Shown here one piece after another: positions 9,292-19,808 of a stretch of DNA of 64,000 nucleotides. The DNA lies in NCBI GenBank assembly GCA_030141605.1, contig JAQGDQ010000216.1, forward strand, positions 124,001-188,000, in the 5' to 3' direction. The notes beneath the pieces were generated by a model. That model was not told the DNA's origin, ran no database searches, and saw nothing but the letters and a program-made list of their open reading frames with translations. Both the position numbers and the translations under genes were made by a program. Source of the DNA: Tubiluchus corallicola. Its lineage: Eukaryota; Animalia; Priapulida. Numbering within the stretch: position 1 is the first letter of the stretch; every line of letters begins with the position of its first letter.

Positions 9292-10584
9292 TTATTTTTG
9301 TAATATAGATTTATAGGCGTTTTGGATATGTTCTGCTGCTCGCTTCCACTGAAGGTTCCCAACTTCAGCATGTCCTAACCGCTTAAATACTTTTGATAGG
9401 GCAGGATAGTTTAAAATTGAGTATATAGCATCTGCTATAGCGTTAATATCCCAATAATCAACCTTTATTGAATGTGTTAGTATTTCCGCCACTCCTGATT
9501 GCCTCGATATGATTGTTGGCACGTCCGACTGCATTGCTTCTAGCGGGGAGATGCCAAATGGCTCTGATACAGATGGCATAACATACACATCACTTAGCCT
9601 GAACATTTCGAAGACATCATCTCCTTGTAGAAATCCGGTAAAATGGAACTTATCTGTGATGCGCAGCTGTGCTGTTCGCCGAATCATTTTTTCCATCATA
9701 TCGCCACTTCCTGCCATCACAAAACGTACATTGTCCATTCGCTTTAAAACCTGATATGCAGCTTCAATAAAAAAATCGGGGCCCTTTTGCATGGTAATCC
9801 TTCCCAAAAAAGTTACGATTTTTTCATCAATACCTCTCTTATATTTTGCTGAAGATTTGCGCTTTGCCGGTTCAACAGCATTATATATGGTTACTACTTT
9901 TTTGTGATCTATTCCATATTTCTCAATTACTGTTTGTCTGGTAAGGTTACTAACTGTGATAACTTTGTCAGCAGCTTCCATTCCTTCTCGTTCTATTGCG
10001 TAAACCCCAGGATTAACGTTATCTCCACTACGGTCAAAGTCGGTGGCGTGTACGTGTACGATTAATGGTTTTCCGCTCTCCTTTTTGGCGGCAATCCCTG
10101 CTGGATAGGCCAGCCAATCATGTGCATGTATAATATCGAATGTGTTGTCGCGAGCAATAATTTTTGCAACTAAGGCATAGTTTGCTATTTCTTGAAACAG
10201 CCCTACTCCATACTTACCGGAAAATTGCAACTTCCCCTCCACATCTGTTTCAACAAAGCGTGTTTGGGAAGATTGTTTTTGCTGTGATAGTTTCCAAAAT
10301 TCCTCAGGGCTCATATAGGGCACTATATTGGATTTTGCTTCAAAATACTCCATTGTAGCTTGCTGGTTGTCAAACTTTACCTGTTTGCGTGCAATGGGTA
10401 TATCTCCTGCTCCAATAATCTTATTGACTACGGAGTGATCCTCATCTCCATACGCTTTGGGGACAACGAATAATACTTTTGTATCTCCTAGTTGTGCTAA
10501 TCCTTTTGTCAGTCCATAACTAGCAGTACCTAGACCCCCACTAATATGGGGAGGAAACTCCCATCCAAACATTAATACTTTCAT
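9292..10584 (-). CDS. Glycosyltransferase family 4 (putative glycogen synthase-like)
   Basis: MFGWEFPPHISGGLG, HAHDW, MPSVSEPFGISPLEAM. Confidence 0.92.
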   Translation of the reverse strand: MKVLMFGWEFPPHISGGLGTASYGLTKGLAQLGDTKVLFVVPKAYGDEDHSVVNKIIGAGDIPIARKQVKFDNQQATMEYFEAKSNIVPYMSPEEFWKLSQQKQSSQTRFVETDVEGKLQFSGKYGVGLFQEIANYALVAKIIARDNTFDIIHAHDWLAYPAGIAAKKESGKPLIVHVHATDFDRSGDNVNPGVYAIEREGMEAADKVITVSNLTRQTVIEKYGIDHKKVVTIYNAVEPAKRKSSAKYKRGIDEKIVTFLGRITMQKGPDFFIEAAYQVLKRMDNVRFVMAGSGDMMEKMIRRTAQLRITDKFHFTGFLQGDDVFEMFRLSDVYVMPSVSEPFGISPLEAMQSDVPTIISRQSGVAEILTHSIKVDYWDINAIADAIYSILNYPALSKVFKRLGHAEVGNLQWKRAAEHIQNAYKSILQK

Positions 10585-12566
10585 TCGACTCCGTATGTTG
10601 CGGTTAAATGTGCTTTACTCTTACTCTCTTCTTTGTAATCTTCAATAAATGCAATTGTAGATAATAAGGCTCCAATATTACATGCTTGTGATATTGCTCC
10701 TCTTGCCACATGAGGTGGATTGCCATCATATATCTCAGATATAGCGCCAATGCAATACTCCGACATTTCTTCCTCAAATCCCTCTATGACTTTCTTTATA
10801 AGCTCAATACCCTCATGTTGATAAATGTTCAGGTAGCTTTTTGCAAATGGAGCTATTAAAAAAGGATAGACACTTCCCTGGTGAGCTGCGGCAGATCTTT
10901 CTGCTTCATTTCCGTTATAGACAGCTTTGTATGCCGGATTTCTAGGCGATAATGTGCGTAGCCCTTTTGGTGTGAGTAGCTCATTTTTTACCAAGTTCAC
11001 TATTTTCTCTTTTTGGGCTTTGGAAAGAGGTGAGTATTTTGTAAATGTTGCGATTATCATATTGGGACGTACAGACCAGTCGACAAAGTCACCATCAACA
11101 TAGTCAGCTAAATACCCTTTTCTCTCATCCCAAAAAGTACTGATAAATGATTCTCCAATTTTTTTAGGAAGTGCTTCCCATTCTTTAACAAACTTAACAT
11201 CTCCGGCCTTGCTTGCTAGCTCAATGGCGTAGCACACTGAATTGTACCATAATGCATTTACTTCAACATTCATCCCTCCGCGTGGGGTAACTGGAATGCC
11301 ATCAATGTACGCATCCATCCATGTAAGGGCAACTCCATCGCACTTAGCATGAATCAGCCCGTTGTCCGTCATGTGTATATTGAATCGTGTTTTATTTCTA
11401 AAGCTGTATAGAATGTCTTTTATAGCGCTTCCGTACTTATTCCATATTGTTTCCTTTTTATAGTGGCGACTTAGCCGGCTTACAGCCCAGATAAATATGA
11501 GGGGGGTGTCTACAGAATCATAGCCACTTTGAAGTCCGGTGCACTTTGGAAACAACCCATCTTTTAAGCGAGATACCTGAGTTTGCAAGATCTTCTCACA
11601 GGTTTTCAGATTACCTTGTTTTAAAAAAAGTCCAGGTAGTGTGATCAAAGTTTGCCAGGTTATAGATTCATGCCACGGAAATCCGGCAATGATATCTGTT
11701 CCATCTTCTTTTTCCCATATAAATTGCTGGGCAGTATTTAGGAGGCAGTTGTTAAATGAGTCTCTGGGTAATCGCTTATTTACCTCAGACGAATATTTGC
11801 GTTTCAATCCTGCCGGTTTGATTTCTTTCACGGAGGCTGAGAAAACGATCTGTTCCCCTTTTTCTATTGGGACCTCAAAATATCCGGGAACAAAAAGATC
11901 CTCCTGAAAGTCGTATCCCCTGTTTTGCTCATTTATATACTCAATATTGTAGTACCAGTCCGGTATGGGAATAAACTCCACCTTCTTAGAAACCTGCATA
12001 TGCAGAAAAGGGTAGCCATCATAAAGCTTTATCTTAATTCCATTTTGTATGGGGGTAAACCGTGTGTTAGCATACATATTTGCTTTACTGAGAGCGTGCA
12101 CGCTCCTAAAAGCCAGGAATGGGTTTAATCGCATTATTGTAGGACTATGGGCACTTACAAGTGTATACTTTATCAGTATCTGATTTTCCTTTTCGACAAG
12201 GGCATACTCTTTAGTTAATACCACTCCACCTACGCGATAAGTTAGTTTGGGAATAGTGTCAGAGTCAAAGTCACAGATATACTTATGCCCTTTGGGTTCA
12301 TAGTGCTCTCCGGGATACTTATGGAGGCCCAGGTGAAATTCTGCATTGTGTTGTATAACTGTCTCATCCAGAGATGATAATAGCACATGTTTCCCTTCGT
12401 CTATTTCATCAAGGTGTGTAACTAGTGCGCCGTGGTATTTTCTGGTATTACATCCAGCAAGAGTTGAAGCTGAATAGGCACCAACTCGATTTGCTCTTAG
12501 TATCTCCTTTTGGAGAGAGTATTCCAAGTTTACTAGCCTTCCTCTGTCAAAGTTTAAATAGCCCAT
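10581..12566 (-). CDS. Amylo-alpha-1,6-glucosidase (glycogen debranching enzyme, GH133-type)
   Basis: NTRKYHG, IIAGFPW, LTWMDA, VEVNALWYN, RPN, GLRTLSP; located in the glycogen operon. Confidence 0.92.
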   Translation of the reverse strand: MGYLNFDRGRLVNLEYSLQKEILRANRVGAYSASTLAGCNTRKYHGALVTHLDEIDEGKHVLLSSLDETVIQHNAEFHLGLHKYPGEHYEPKGHKYICDFDSDTIPKLTYRVGGVVLTKEYALVEKENQILIKYTLVSAHSPTIMRLNPFLAFRSVHALSKANMYANTRFTPIQNGIKIKLYDGYPFLHMQVSKKVEFIPIPDWYYNIEYINEQNRGYDFQEDLFVPGYFEVPIEKGEQIVFSASVKEIKPAGLKRKYSSEVNKRLPRDSFNNCLLNTAQQFIWEKEDGTDIIAGFPWHESITWQTLITLPGLFLKQGNLKTCEKILQTQVSRLKDGLFPKCTGLQSGYDSVDTPLIFIWAVSRLSRHYKKETIWNKYGSAIKDILYSFRNKTRFNIHMTDNGLIHAKCDGVALTWMDAYIDGIPVTPRGGMNVEVNALWYNSVCYAIELASKAGDVKFVKEWEALPKKIGESFISTFWDERKGYLADYVDGDFVDWSVRPNMIIATFTKYSPLSKAQKEKIVNLVKNELLTPKGLRTLSPRNPAYKAVYNGNEAERSAAAHQGSVYPFLIAPFAKSYLNIYQHEGIELIKKVIEGFEEEMSEYCIGAISEIYDGNPPHVARGAISQACNIGALLSTIAFIEDYKEESKSKAHLTATYGVE

Positions 12567-12692
12567 TGGTTTGTTATCTGTTGGTTTTTAAGATAATTCA
12601 TTAATTTTCTTGCTTTTTAGCCTGAGAAAATTAAAGCTAACTCCCCCCAAGTTAAACAAAATTATTTATAATATAACAGAAATAACCAATAA

Positions 12693-13685
12693 TTAACAGT
12701 CTATTTTATTATGAAAGTCATTTATAATTTCTTTTATATTTATAAATGGGTGTTTTGCCAGTAGTTTTTTTGCTTTTAAAATACTTTCTTGTATATGTTT
12801 TTGGTGCTCGGGGGACTTTGGGTTAAAAGGCTTATGATGTAGCGATTGTCTTAGTTTCATAATTTCTTTCATAATATTTTTACTCTCTTCAGCAAACAGT
12901 ACATTTGAGAATTTTTCCCAGATAAAGTTTATAGCTGTTTTATTGAGATGAATCATATCTTCTGAATAAAAACGATAGTCACGCAGTTCATCCATTACCA
13001 GTTCATATGATGGGAAGTATGAAATGTGACTGGGAGCGCTTTTAATTAATTCATCTATAGCTATCAGTAATATGGACTTGCTGACTTGGTTTCTATGTGC
13101 ACCATCTTTGAGGTGTCTTACCGGGCTAACAGTAAATACTATGTGAAGCTCAGGGTTTAGTTTAAGCAGGGCTTTTAAAAGTTTTTCCCATCGGGAGCAA
13201 ATATCTTTATGAGACAGCAGCTCCTGATTAAAGTGTGAGGCGGGGATTTTGTGACAGTTTGAGACAATTTCTTGTGATTTTTTGTTGCGATAACTCCACG
13301 AGGTCCCAAAAGTTATAAATAGAAACTTGCTTTGTCTCAAGTGCCTGGATGCAGCATCTATTTCTTTATTAATATTTTTCAGGCACTCTTCTTTTACAGG
13401 ATGGGAAAAGCGGCTATGGTGATAAAAGCTGTTCCATAGCCCATTTGAAAAGAAGATATCCTTCTCTGTAAATACTTTCTGCTGTATAAGAATGTTTAGG
13501 CTGTTTGCAATTGATATAGGGTTATATACTATACCAAATGGATTCATATTAACAGGGAGGCACCTTTCTCGGAGTTTTTCTCCAATATTTTCTGAAAAGC
13601 ATGAGCCTATAAGGATAGCTTTTGTGGTGTATCCGAACTTTTGTTTGAAGTCGGATATGTCTATTTCGGTCCTTAACTTCAGCAT
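12693..13685 (-). CDS. GSCFA-domain protein
   Basis: IGSCFSENIG, NPFGIVYNP, NCHKIP, TVSPVRH, ELRDYRFY; start placed at MLKLRTEI (13685). Confidence 0.9.
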   Translation of the reverse strand: MLKLRTEIDISDFKQKFGYTTKAILIGSCFSENIGEKLRERCLPVNMNPFGIVYNPISIANSLNILIQQKVFTEKDIFFSNGLWNSFYHHSRFSHPVKEECLKNINKEIDAASRHLRQSKFLFITFGTSWSYRNKKSQEIVSNCHKIPASHFNQELLSHKDICSRWEKLLKALLKLNPELHIVFTVSPVRHLKDGAHRNQVSKSILLIAIDELIKSAPSHISYFPSYELVMDELRDYRFYSEDMIHLNKTAINFIWEKFSNVLFAEESKNIMKEIMKLRQSLHHKPFNPKSPEHQKHIQESILKAKKLLAKHPFINIKEIINDFHNKIDC

Positions 13686-13797
13686 TTTAATTTTGTGTTT
13701 ATTTAATAAATTACCGGGTGGGACTGTTTCCTGTTTTATACGTTGGGAAGTTATCAAATTGTTTATAAAACGGAAAATTCCACTAGGCTAAAAAAGG

Positions 13798-13942
13798 AGA
13801 GGTTTTTGCAAAACTCATCTTTTTATTAATATTTTCGCCAAAACTCTTTTAATACACTCATTTACATTAGCTAAGCTATGATTCTTCATCGAGATTTTTC
13901 TTTGATCTAAACCGAAGTGTTTTTTGCTTTGCAAAGTTCTCA
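13798..13942 (-). repeat. Dispersed palindromic MITE-like element, copy 2
   Basis: AGAGGTTTTTGCAAAA...CTTTGCAAAGTTCTCA ends; internal reverse complement matches consensus. Confidence 0.85.
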
Positions 13943-14142
13943 ACGTAAAATTTAAAATGGTAAAAAGGGTTGGCCTGCTTTGGTAGGAGCCTTTACTTTA
14001 TGAGTGATAACAATTTTTTCGTTTTTTTTTGCATTATTAGCAATATACAAATATCTTTACCATCCTTGGTATGTAAAATTTAGATTTTACTAATTTAATT
14101 ACTTTTAATAAATAAATATTTTAATAGCTAAACAGTATAACT

Positions 14143-15624
14143 ATGGGTAATAAAAGCAAGTTTTCGAGAAGAGGCTTTTTAAGTACGACAGCGGCGGCAA
14201 CTGCCGGGCTTTCTGTAGTACCATCAAACACAATAGCAGGGCTGGGGCATAAAGCTCCTAGTGATAAGCTTAATATTGTCGGAGTAGGTGTTGGAGGTAT
14301 GGGCTTTGGAAATCTAAAAAAGATGGAAACAGAGAACATTGTAGGGCTGTGTGATGTTGACTGGAAGTATAGCCAGCGTTGTTTTAATCATTTCCCCAGA
14401 GCAAAGAGGTATTTGGACTGGAGAAAGATGTATGATGAGATGGGGGATTCTATTGATGCTGTAGTGGTTGCAACTGCAGATCACACGCATGCTGCACCGA
14501 CAGCGCATGCTATGACAATGGGGAAGCATGTGTTTGTGCAGAAGCCATTGACTCACACAGTATATGAGTCAAGGCTGTTAACGAAATTGGCCAAGAAGCA
14601 TAAGGTAGCTACATCAATGGGGAACCAGGGTTCTTCAGGTGAAGGAGTAAGTCTTGTGTGCGAATGGCTATGGAATGGGGAGATAGGTGATGTTAAGGAA
14701 GTTGAAACTTTCACTGACCGTCCTATATGGCCACAAGGGCTTTCTCGCCCTACAAGAGGAGATTGGGTTCCGGAAACCCTTGACTGGGATCTTTTCATTG
14801 GACCTGCGGCTATGCGTCCTTTCAACTCTATTTACACCCCATGGAACTGGCGTGGCTGGTGGGATTTTGGCACAGGAGCCTTAGGGGATATGGCTTGTCA
14901 TATTCTACACCCTGTATTTGTTGGGCTAAAGTTGGGGTATCCTACTAAGATTCAGGGAAGTTCTACAATGGTGATGACTGATTGTGCTCCAGATGCAGAG
15001 ATTGTGCAGATGGTATTCCCTGCACGTCCGAGACAGAAAGGTGTAAAAATGAGGTTGCCAGAGGTGAAGGTTGTGTGGTATGATGGAGGATTGAAGCCAA
15101 TGAAGCCCGAAGGGTGGCCTGCTGGCAAGAGCATGAATAATGCAGGAGGAGGCGTTCTTTTCCATGGAACGAAAGACACTATTGTATGCGGATGTTATGG
15201 CAAAGACCCATGGTTGCTTTCAGGCCGTGTTCCCAACTCACCAAAAGTAAGGCGTCGTATTGACATAAGTCATGAGCAAGACTGGATTCGTGCGGCAAAA
15301 GAGAGCCCTGAGAACCGGGTACCTACTGCATCAGACTTTAGCGAAGCCGGACCATTCAATGAGATGGTACTTATGGGTATTCTTGCTGTGCGCTTGCAAG
15401 GGCTCAACAAAGAGTTGAAGTGGAATGGGGAAGATATGAAGTTTACCAATCTTACTGATGACGAGAGTGTACGATTCTGTATTGAAGATAAGTTTGAGAT
15501 AGAGGACGGGCACCCCAGATTCAATAAAGAGTGGTCTGATCGTATTCCTGCGAAAGAGTTTGCGGCAGAGTTGATTAATCATGACTACAGAGAAGGGTGG
15601 GATCTACCCGACATGCCTGCATAG
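14143..15624 (+). CDS. Tat-exported Gfo/Idh/MocA oxidoreductase
   Basis: SRRGFL twin-arginine signal, GVGVGGMG, QKPL, WRGWWDFGTGALGDMACH. Confidence 0.93.
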   Translation: MGNKSKFSRRGFLSTTAAATAGLSVVPSNTIAGLGHKAPSDKLNIVGVGVGGMGFGNLKKMETENIVGLCDVDWKYSQRCFNHFPRAKRYLDWRKMYDEMGDSIDAVVVATADHTHAAPTAHAMTMGKHVFVQKPLTHTVYESRLLTKLAKKHKVATSMGNQGSSGEGVSLVCEWLWNGEIGDVKEVETFTDRPIWPQGLSRPTRGDWVPETLDWDLFIGPAAMRPFNSIYTPWNWRGWWDFGTGALGDMACHILHPVFVGLKLGYPTKIQGSSTMVMTDCAPDAEIVQMVFPARPRQKGVKMRLPEVKVVWYDGGLKPMKPEGWPAGKSMNNAGGGVLFHGTKDTIVCGCYGKDPWLLSGRVPNSPKVRRRIDISHEQDWIRAAKESPENRVPTASDFSEAGPFNEMVLMGILAVRLQGLNKELKWNGEDMKFTNLTDDESVRFCIEDKFEIEDGHPRFNKEWSDRIPAKEFAAELINHDYREGWDLPDMPA

Positions 15625-15653
15625 AGACAGGAAAATATATGTTTTAATGGGTG

Positions 15654-15688
15654 TGGGTGAGTGCTGAGCATTCACCCATTCTCTTTTT
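15654..15688 (+). terminator. Rho-independent terminator
   Basis: TGGGTGAGTGC-TGA-GCATTCACCCA followed by TTCTCTTTTT. Confidence 0.75.
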
Positions 15689-15766
15689 ATGAAAATAGCA
15701 ACCTCGTAGTTTATGTCGACCGATGGAGGGTTTATCAGGGTTTTATCTTAACCTGTAAAGGTTGGG

Positions 15767-15891
15767 GGAGATCTCTGCGAGATTTATCTTTTTATCAATA
15801 TTTTGCTAAGATCCTCACCTGTGTCAGTAACCTGCGATTTTTCATCGAATTTTTTCTCAGTTTTACTAAAATACAAAGTATTTTAGGCTTA
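15767..15891 (-). repeat. Dispersed palindromic MITE-like element, copy 3
   Basis: GAGATCTCTGCGAGATTTATCTTTTTATCAATATTTTG...ATCCTCAC...CTGCGATTTTTCATCGAA matches the reverse-complement consensus. Confidence 0.75.
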
Positions 15892-15904
15892 TGTATAAGA
15901 AGGG

Positions 15905-16966
15905 CTAAGCGCGATAGATAGCACCGGAGATGCTATCCGTTTTTGCTCCTGTTACAGATGCCAGACAGTTGGGTTTCTCCAGATAGGCTAAGGTCCCCAA
16001 GAATCCAAATATGATAGCCTCCTTGTAATCAGCTGTTTCTGGTGGAGGGATAACCACTTCACATCCGCATAGCTCTTTTATCCTTTCCATGAGAAAGGTG
16101 TTTCTTGCTCCGCCCCCTGTTACCAGTAGTCTACCTTCCCCACTTACAGAGCGGGATATCTGAAGTGCAATATGCTCGTACAACGTGCGTATTCTGCTCT
16201 CAATAGATATAGATGGTGTTTCCAGAAGAGGTATAATACTTTTCTCCAGCCACTCACGCCCCAATGATTTTGGCGGCTTTTTACTGTAGAAACTGATACT
16301 ATTCAATTGCCTTAACAGGGTATTTTCAACTTCCCCCTTTTTCCCAATATTGCCGTTATTATCAAACTCGACACCTGCTTTTTGCGCCATGTGATTAATC
16401 GCAATATTGACTGGGCAAATATCGTATGCAACTCTCTTCCCAAATCTATCGTATGAAATATTGGCAAAGCCTCCCAGGTTTAGGCAGTACATGTATTCAG
16501 AGAAAAGCAACATGTCTCCAATCGGTACCAGAGGTGCTCCTTGTCCCCCTAGCGCAACATCTAGGCTTCTAAAATCACATATTGTTGTAACTTTTGTACT
16601 TGCAGCAATATTTGCTCCGTTACCCAATTGAAAAGTGAACCGGGCTTCAGGTTCGTGAAATATTGTATGTCCATGTGATGCTATTATATCGGGGTGAGCC
16701 TTGCCTTTAAGGAAATTGGTTATCTGTGCTCCTGTGAAGGAACCGTATTCGTTATGCAGGAGGAGTAGTTTTTTGCTATCTAGCTTGTGCCCTCCAGAAA
16801 GTTTTTCTTTCCACTCTTTTGTGTACTCTACTTTTTTGCAGGCAATTGTTTTATAGCTCCAACTTCTATTCCTGAATGAAAACCGGCATAAGGCCATGTC
16901 AATTCCGTCGAGTGATGTCCCCGACATTATGCCCAATGCAATAATGTTATCTGTAGAAAGCTGCAT
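15905..16966 (-). CDS. anmK: Anhydro-N-acetylmuramic acid kinase
   Basis: GIMSGTSLDGID, SHGHT, GGQGAPLVP, NLGGFANIS, PPKSLGRE, TGGG. Confidence 0.95.
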   Translation of the reverse strand: MQLSTDNIIALGIMSGTSLDGIDMALCRFSFRNRSWSYKTIACKKVEYTKEWKEKLSGGHKLDSKKLLLLHNEYGSFTGAQITNFLKGKAHPDIIASHGHTIFHEPEARFTFQLGNGANIAASTKVTTICDFRSLDVALGGQGAPLVPIGDMLLFSEYMYCLNLGGFANISYDRFGKRVAYDICPVNIAINHMAQKAGVEFDNNGNIGKKGEVENTLLRQLNSISFYSKKPPKSLGREWLEKSIIPLLETPSISIESRIRTLYEHIALQISRSVSGEGRLLVTGGGARNTFLMERIKELCGCEVVIPPPETADYKEAIIFGFLGTLAYLEKPNCLASVTGAKTDSISGAIYRA

Positions 16967-18674
16967 TATATTCTGCCTTATTACCTTTATAGTCTTCTAC
17001 TTCAATTTTTATATTATGGGTGGAGCTGAAGTTTATTTTTTTATCATCGAAATAGTGGGTCAGCATATTTGATTTGGCATCATATTCAAAGAGCATCCAT
17101 TCCCCATTAATTTCACCTCTGTAGCTTTTTATTCCCGAAAGGTCATCTTTTATAATAAATCGCACCCTATCTCTTTCGATTAAGGTACTTTTATTTCTTA
17201 TACTGAGTGCCCTTATAGATGGGGGGATAGTATCCAAAGCCACCGCAAAGCTGCCAAAGGTTCTGGGGTTTGCTTTTACCACACCATCCTCATATTTGCT
17301 TACTAATGGCGATTTTTTCCCACTTTTCTTATCCACTGTTACCAGCAGTAGCTTTTCTGTTTGTAAACGGGATGTTTGTTCTGGTACTACCTCCAACATA
17401 TATGGCTTATGAACAGGCGTCGTTGTTTTATGGATATTGTGGACTGTTGAAATTACTCCCTCTTTTTTAGGGGATTTACTGTATATGAACCCCATGTCCT
17501 GATATAGTCTCCCTGATGGAATTTTCAATCGTACACTATCAGTGGCGAAATGATTTTCTTTGTTGTGTAAGAAGAGTTGTGAAAAGCTTTTTTTCTCTGT
17601 TTCTATAGCGTTTTTTCTCCCTTTTATCCTAAAGGCCACGCTTGATTTGTTGCCGTGGGTGTCTGAGACCACTATTTCTACATTGTGAACATCTCCATCT
17701 GAAACATGGAGAACCCCTTCATTTACAGATTTATTATAGAAATCTAGCTCATTCCCGGGCTCTCTATGTAGCTTATGTACCCATTTCCCAAACTCGACAT
17801 GCTCCTCAAAATCTACGTGGCTGTTTATGTATCTTGTCAGACCAAACGAAAAATCATCAATTTGAAAAGAGTAGATTGTATCACTGTCTATTAAAAGTGT
17901 AGCGCTATATATACCGCATTTGCTCCACCCTGCATCAAGGTAGTCAATAGCACTTACACCAAAGGCAATGTCTCCTCCTACTACTGGCCTTACGCCTCGC
18001 TTTAAATGGTATTTACCATCGTAGAAAACGGTTTCTATTTTATGCTTGTCTCTTTTATTGTTTACGTGACTATGCTCAGATACCGGATAAATATACACAG
18101 AGGTTATGTTCGGAGGTCTGTTATCTTCAATATTCAATCCGTATAAAAGCGGATTCTGTGGTCGTTCTGACTTTGTGTCGCGTATTTCAAAATGTAGGTG
18201 TGGCCCGGATGAACTACCTGTGTTCCCTGAGAATGCAATTGTATCTTCTTGATTAACGGCGAATATGCCCGGAGGGAACTTTATGTCTAAAGTAAAGCTT
18301 TCTCTTTTGTATTGCTCATCTTTTACATATTTGTCAAGCAGGGGGAAAAACTTCTCAACATGTGCGTACACTGTTGTTATGCCGCTGGGGTGATCGATAT
18401 ATATAGCCTTCCCAAATCCGGTATGTGACACAACCACCCTTGACACGAATCCGTTTGCAACAGCAAATACCGGAATACCTGTACGCCTGTTTGTGCTGTA
18501 ATCCAGCCCTGAATGAAAATGCCCGGAGCGTAGCTCTGCAAAGTTCCCGGTAATAGCAGGAGCTATCTTTAATGGTGGTATAAGTTGTTCAGATAGTGGA
18601 GCTGTTTGGCTATATCCTTGAACATAAAGACAAGATGCTAAAAGAAGAGCAACGGTTGATTTCTTTTTTCTCAT
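16947..18674 (-). CDS. M23-family metallopeptidase
   Basis: Signal peptide; ELRSGHFHSGLD, YAH, SGNTGSSSGPHLHFEIR. Confidence 0.93.
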   Translation of the reverse strand: MRKKKSTVALLLASCLYVQGYSQTAPLSEQLIPPLKIAPAITGNFAELRSGHFHSGLDYSTNRRTGIPVFAVANGFVSRVVVSHTGFGKAIYIDHPSGITTVYAHVEKFFPLLDKYVKDEQYKRESFTLDIKFPPGIFAVNQEDTIAFSGNTGSSSGPHLHFEIRDTKSERPQNPLLYGLNIEDNRPPNITSVYIYPVSEHSHVNNKRDKHKIETVFYDGKYHLKRGVRPVVGGDIAFGVSAIDYLDAGWSKCGIYSATLLIDSDTIYSFQIDDFSFGLTRYINSHVDFEEHVEFGKWVHKLHREPGNELDFYNKSVNEGVLHVSDGDVHNVEIVVSDTHGNKSSVAFRIKGRKNAIETEKKSFSQLFLHNKENHFATDSVRLKIPSGRLYQDMGFIYSKSPKKEGVISTVHNIHKTTTPVHKPYMLEVVPEQTSRLQTEKLLLVTVDKKSGKKSPLVSKYEDGVVKANPRTFGSFAVALDTIPPSIRALSIRNKSTLIERDRVRFIIKDDLSGIKSYRGEINGEWMLFEYDAKSNMLTHYFDDKKINFSSTHNIKIEVEDYKGNKAEYNAAFYR

Positions 18675-18752
18675 TATTAATATTGGGTGTTTCCGGTATC
18701 GAAAGTAATAAACTTTTTATATTAAATGCAGAATAGCGGGTAGACAAAATAA

Positions 18753-18882
18753 TAAGATCTTTGCAAAGTGAAATATTTTGGTTTAGACTGAGGGAGAGTT
18801 CGATAAAAAATTGCAGGTTATTGATGTAAGTGAGAGCTTTGGCAAAGATATTAATAATGAGATGAGCTTTGGCAATACTTCA
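18753..18882 (+). repeat. Dispersed palindromic MITE-like element, copy 4
   Basis: TAAGATCTTTGCAAAGTGAAATATTTTGGTTTAGA...GATGAGCTTTGGCAATACTTCA. Confidence 0.85.
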
Positions 18883-19057
18883 TAACAGAAATATACCTTT
18901 TGGGCAGGATAGTTTTCCTCTATGGATTTTATAACTGTACTGGAGGGGGAAATAAAAAGTTATATTTGAAGAGTGGTTACTTATTTTAATAATGTAACGA
19001 TAGAGTTTATTTCACAATCTGGTTTTGCTTTTTTAAGTTCTAAAATTATTTAGCTGC

Positions 19058-19417
19058 ATGATAACAATACGGGTAAAAAACCTGCTTATAAGGACAATTA
19101 TTGGTCTCAATCCTGAAGAGAGAGAGAATAAGCAGGATGTAATAATAAATATTGAGATTGATGTAGACTCAGCAGAGGCTGCAGCAACTGACGCTCCTAA
19201 TGCGGTAGTTGATTATAAAGTGGTAACCAAAAGAGTAATACAGATGGTACAAGAGAGCAAGTTTTATCTTTTGGAAAAACTCACACATGAGGTTCTAAAG
19301 TTAATAATGGGTGATGAAAAGGTGTTGAGATGCAAAGTTATAATAGATAAGCCTCATGCATTGCGCTTTGCAGAGTCGGTATCGGTTGAGATGGAGGAGG
19401 CAAGACAGCCAATATAA
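19058..19417 (+). CDS. Dihydroneopterin aldolase/epimerase family protein (FolX-like)
   Basis: IRVKNL.IRTIIG..PEE...KQDVIIN, FYLLEKL, IDKPHALRFAESVSV; directly upstream of folK. Confidence 0.85.
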   Translation: MITIRVKNLLIRTIIGLNPEERENKQDVIINIEIDVDSAEAAATDAPNAVVDYKVVTKRVIQMVQESKFYLLEKLTHEVLKLIMGDEKVLRCKVIIDKPHALRFAESVSVEMEEARQPI

Positions 19418-19438
19418 CTATCTATTTACTGTAATTTG

Positions 19439-19807
19439 ATGAATGTATGCATTTTAGGATTAGGTTCAAATATTGCTCCTGAGAAGAATATACCCGAAGC
19501 AATAGCTATTTTAAGAGAAGGTCATAAGGTAGTTGAAGTCTCAAAGATGCTGCGCTCAAGTCCTATAGGTATTAAAAATCAACCGGATTTCATTAATGGA
19601 GCAATTAAGGTGAAGACAAATCTTTTTAAAGAGGAGTTTGTGATGTACCTGAAGAGTGTAGAGGATAGGCTGGGAAGAGATCGTGGGGCACCAAAGTTTG
19701 GCCCTAGGACAATAGATATAGATATTGTAGTGTGGAATGGAATGATAGTTGATAAAGATTATTATACAAGAAGTTTTCTTAAAAAACTGGTAGATTCATT
19801 GATGTAG
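19439..19807 (+). CDS. folK: 6-hydroxymethyl-7,8-dihydropterin pyrophosphokinase (short form)
   Basis: LGLGSN, FIN, VEDRLGR, FGPRTIDIDI. Confidence 0.9.
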   Translation: MNVCILGLGSNIAPEKNIPEAIAILREGHKVVEVSKMLRSSPIGIKNQPDFINGAIKVKTNLFKEEFVMYLKSVEDRLGRDRGAPKFGPRTIDIDIVVWNGMIVDKDYYTRSFLKKLVDSLM

Positions 19808-19808
19808 A

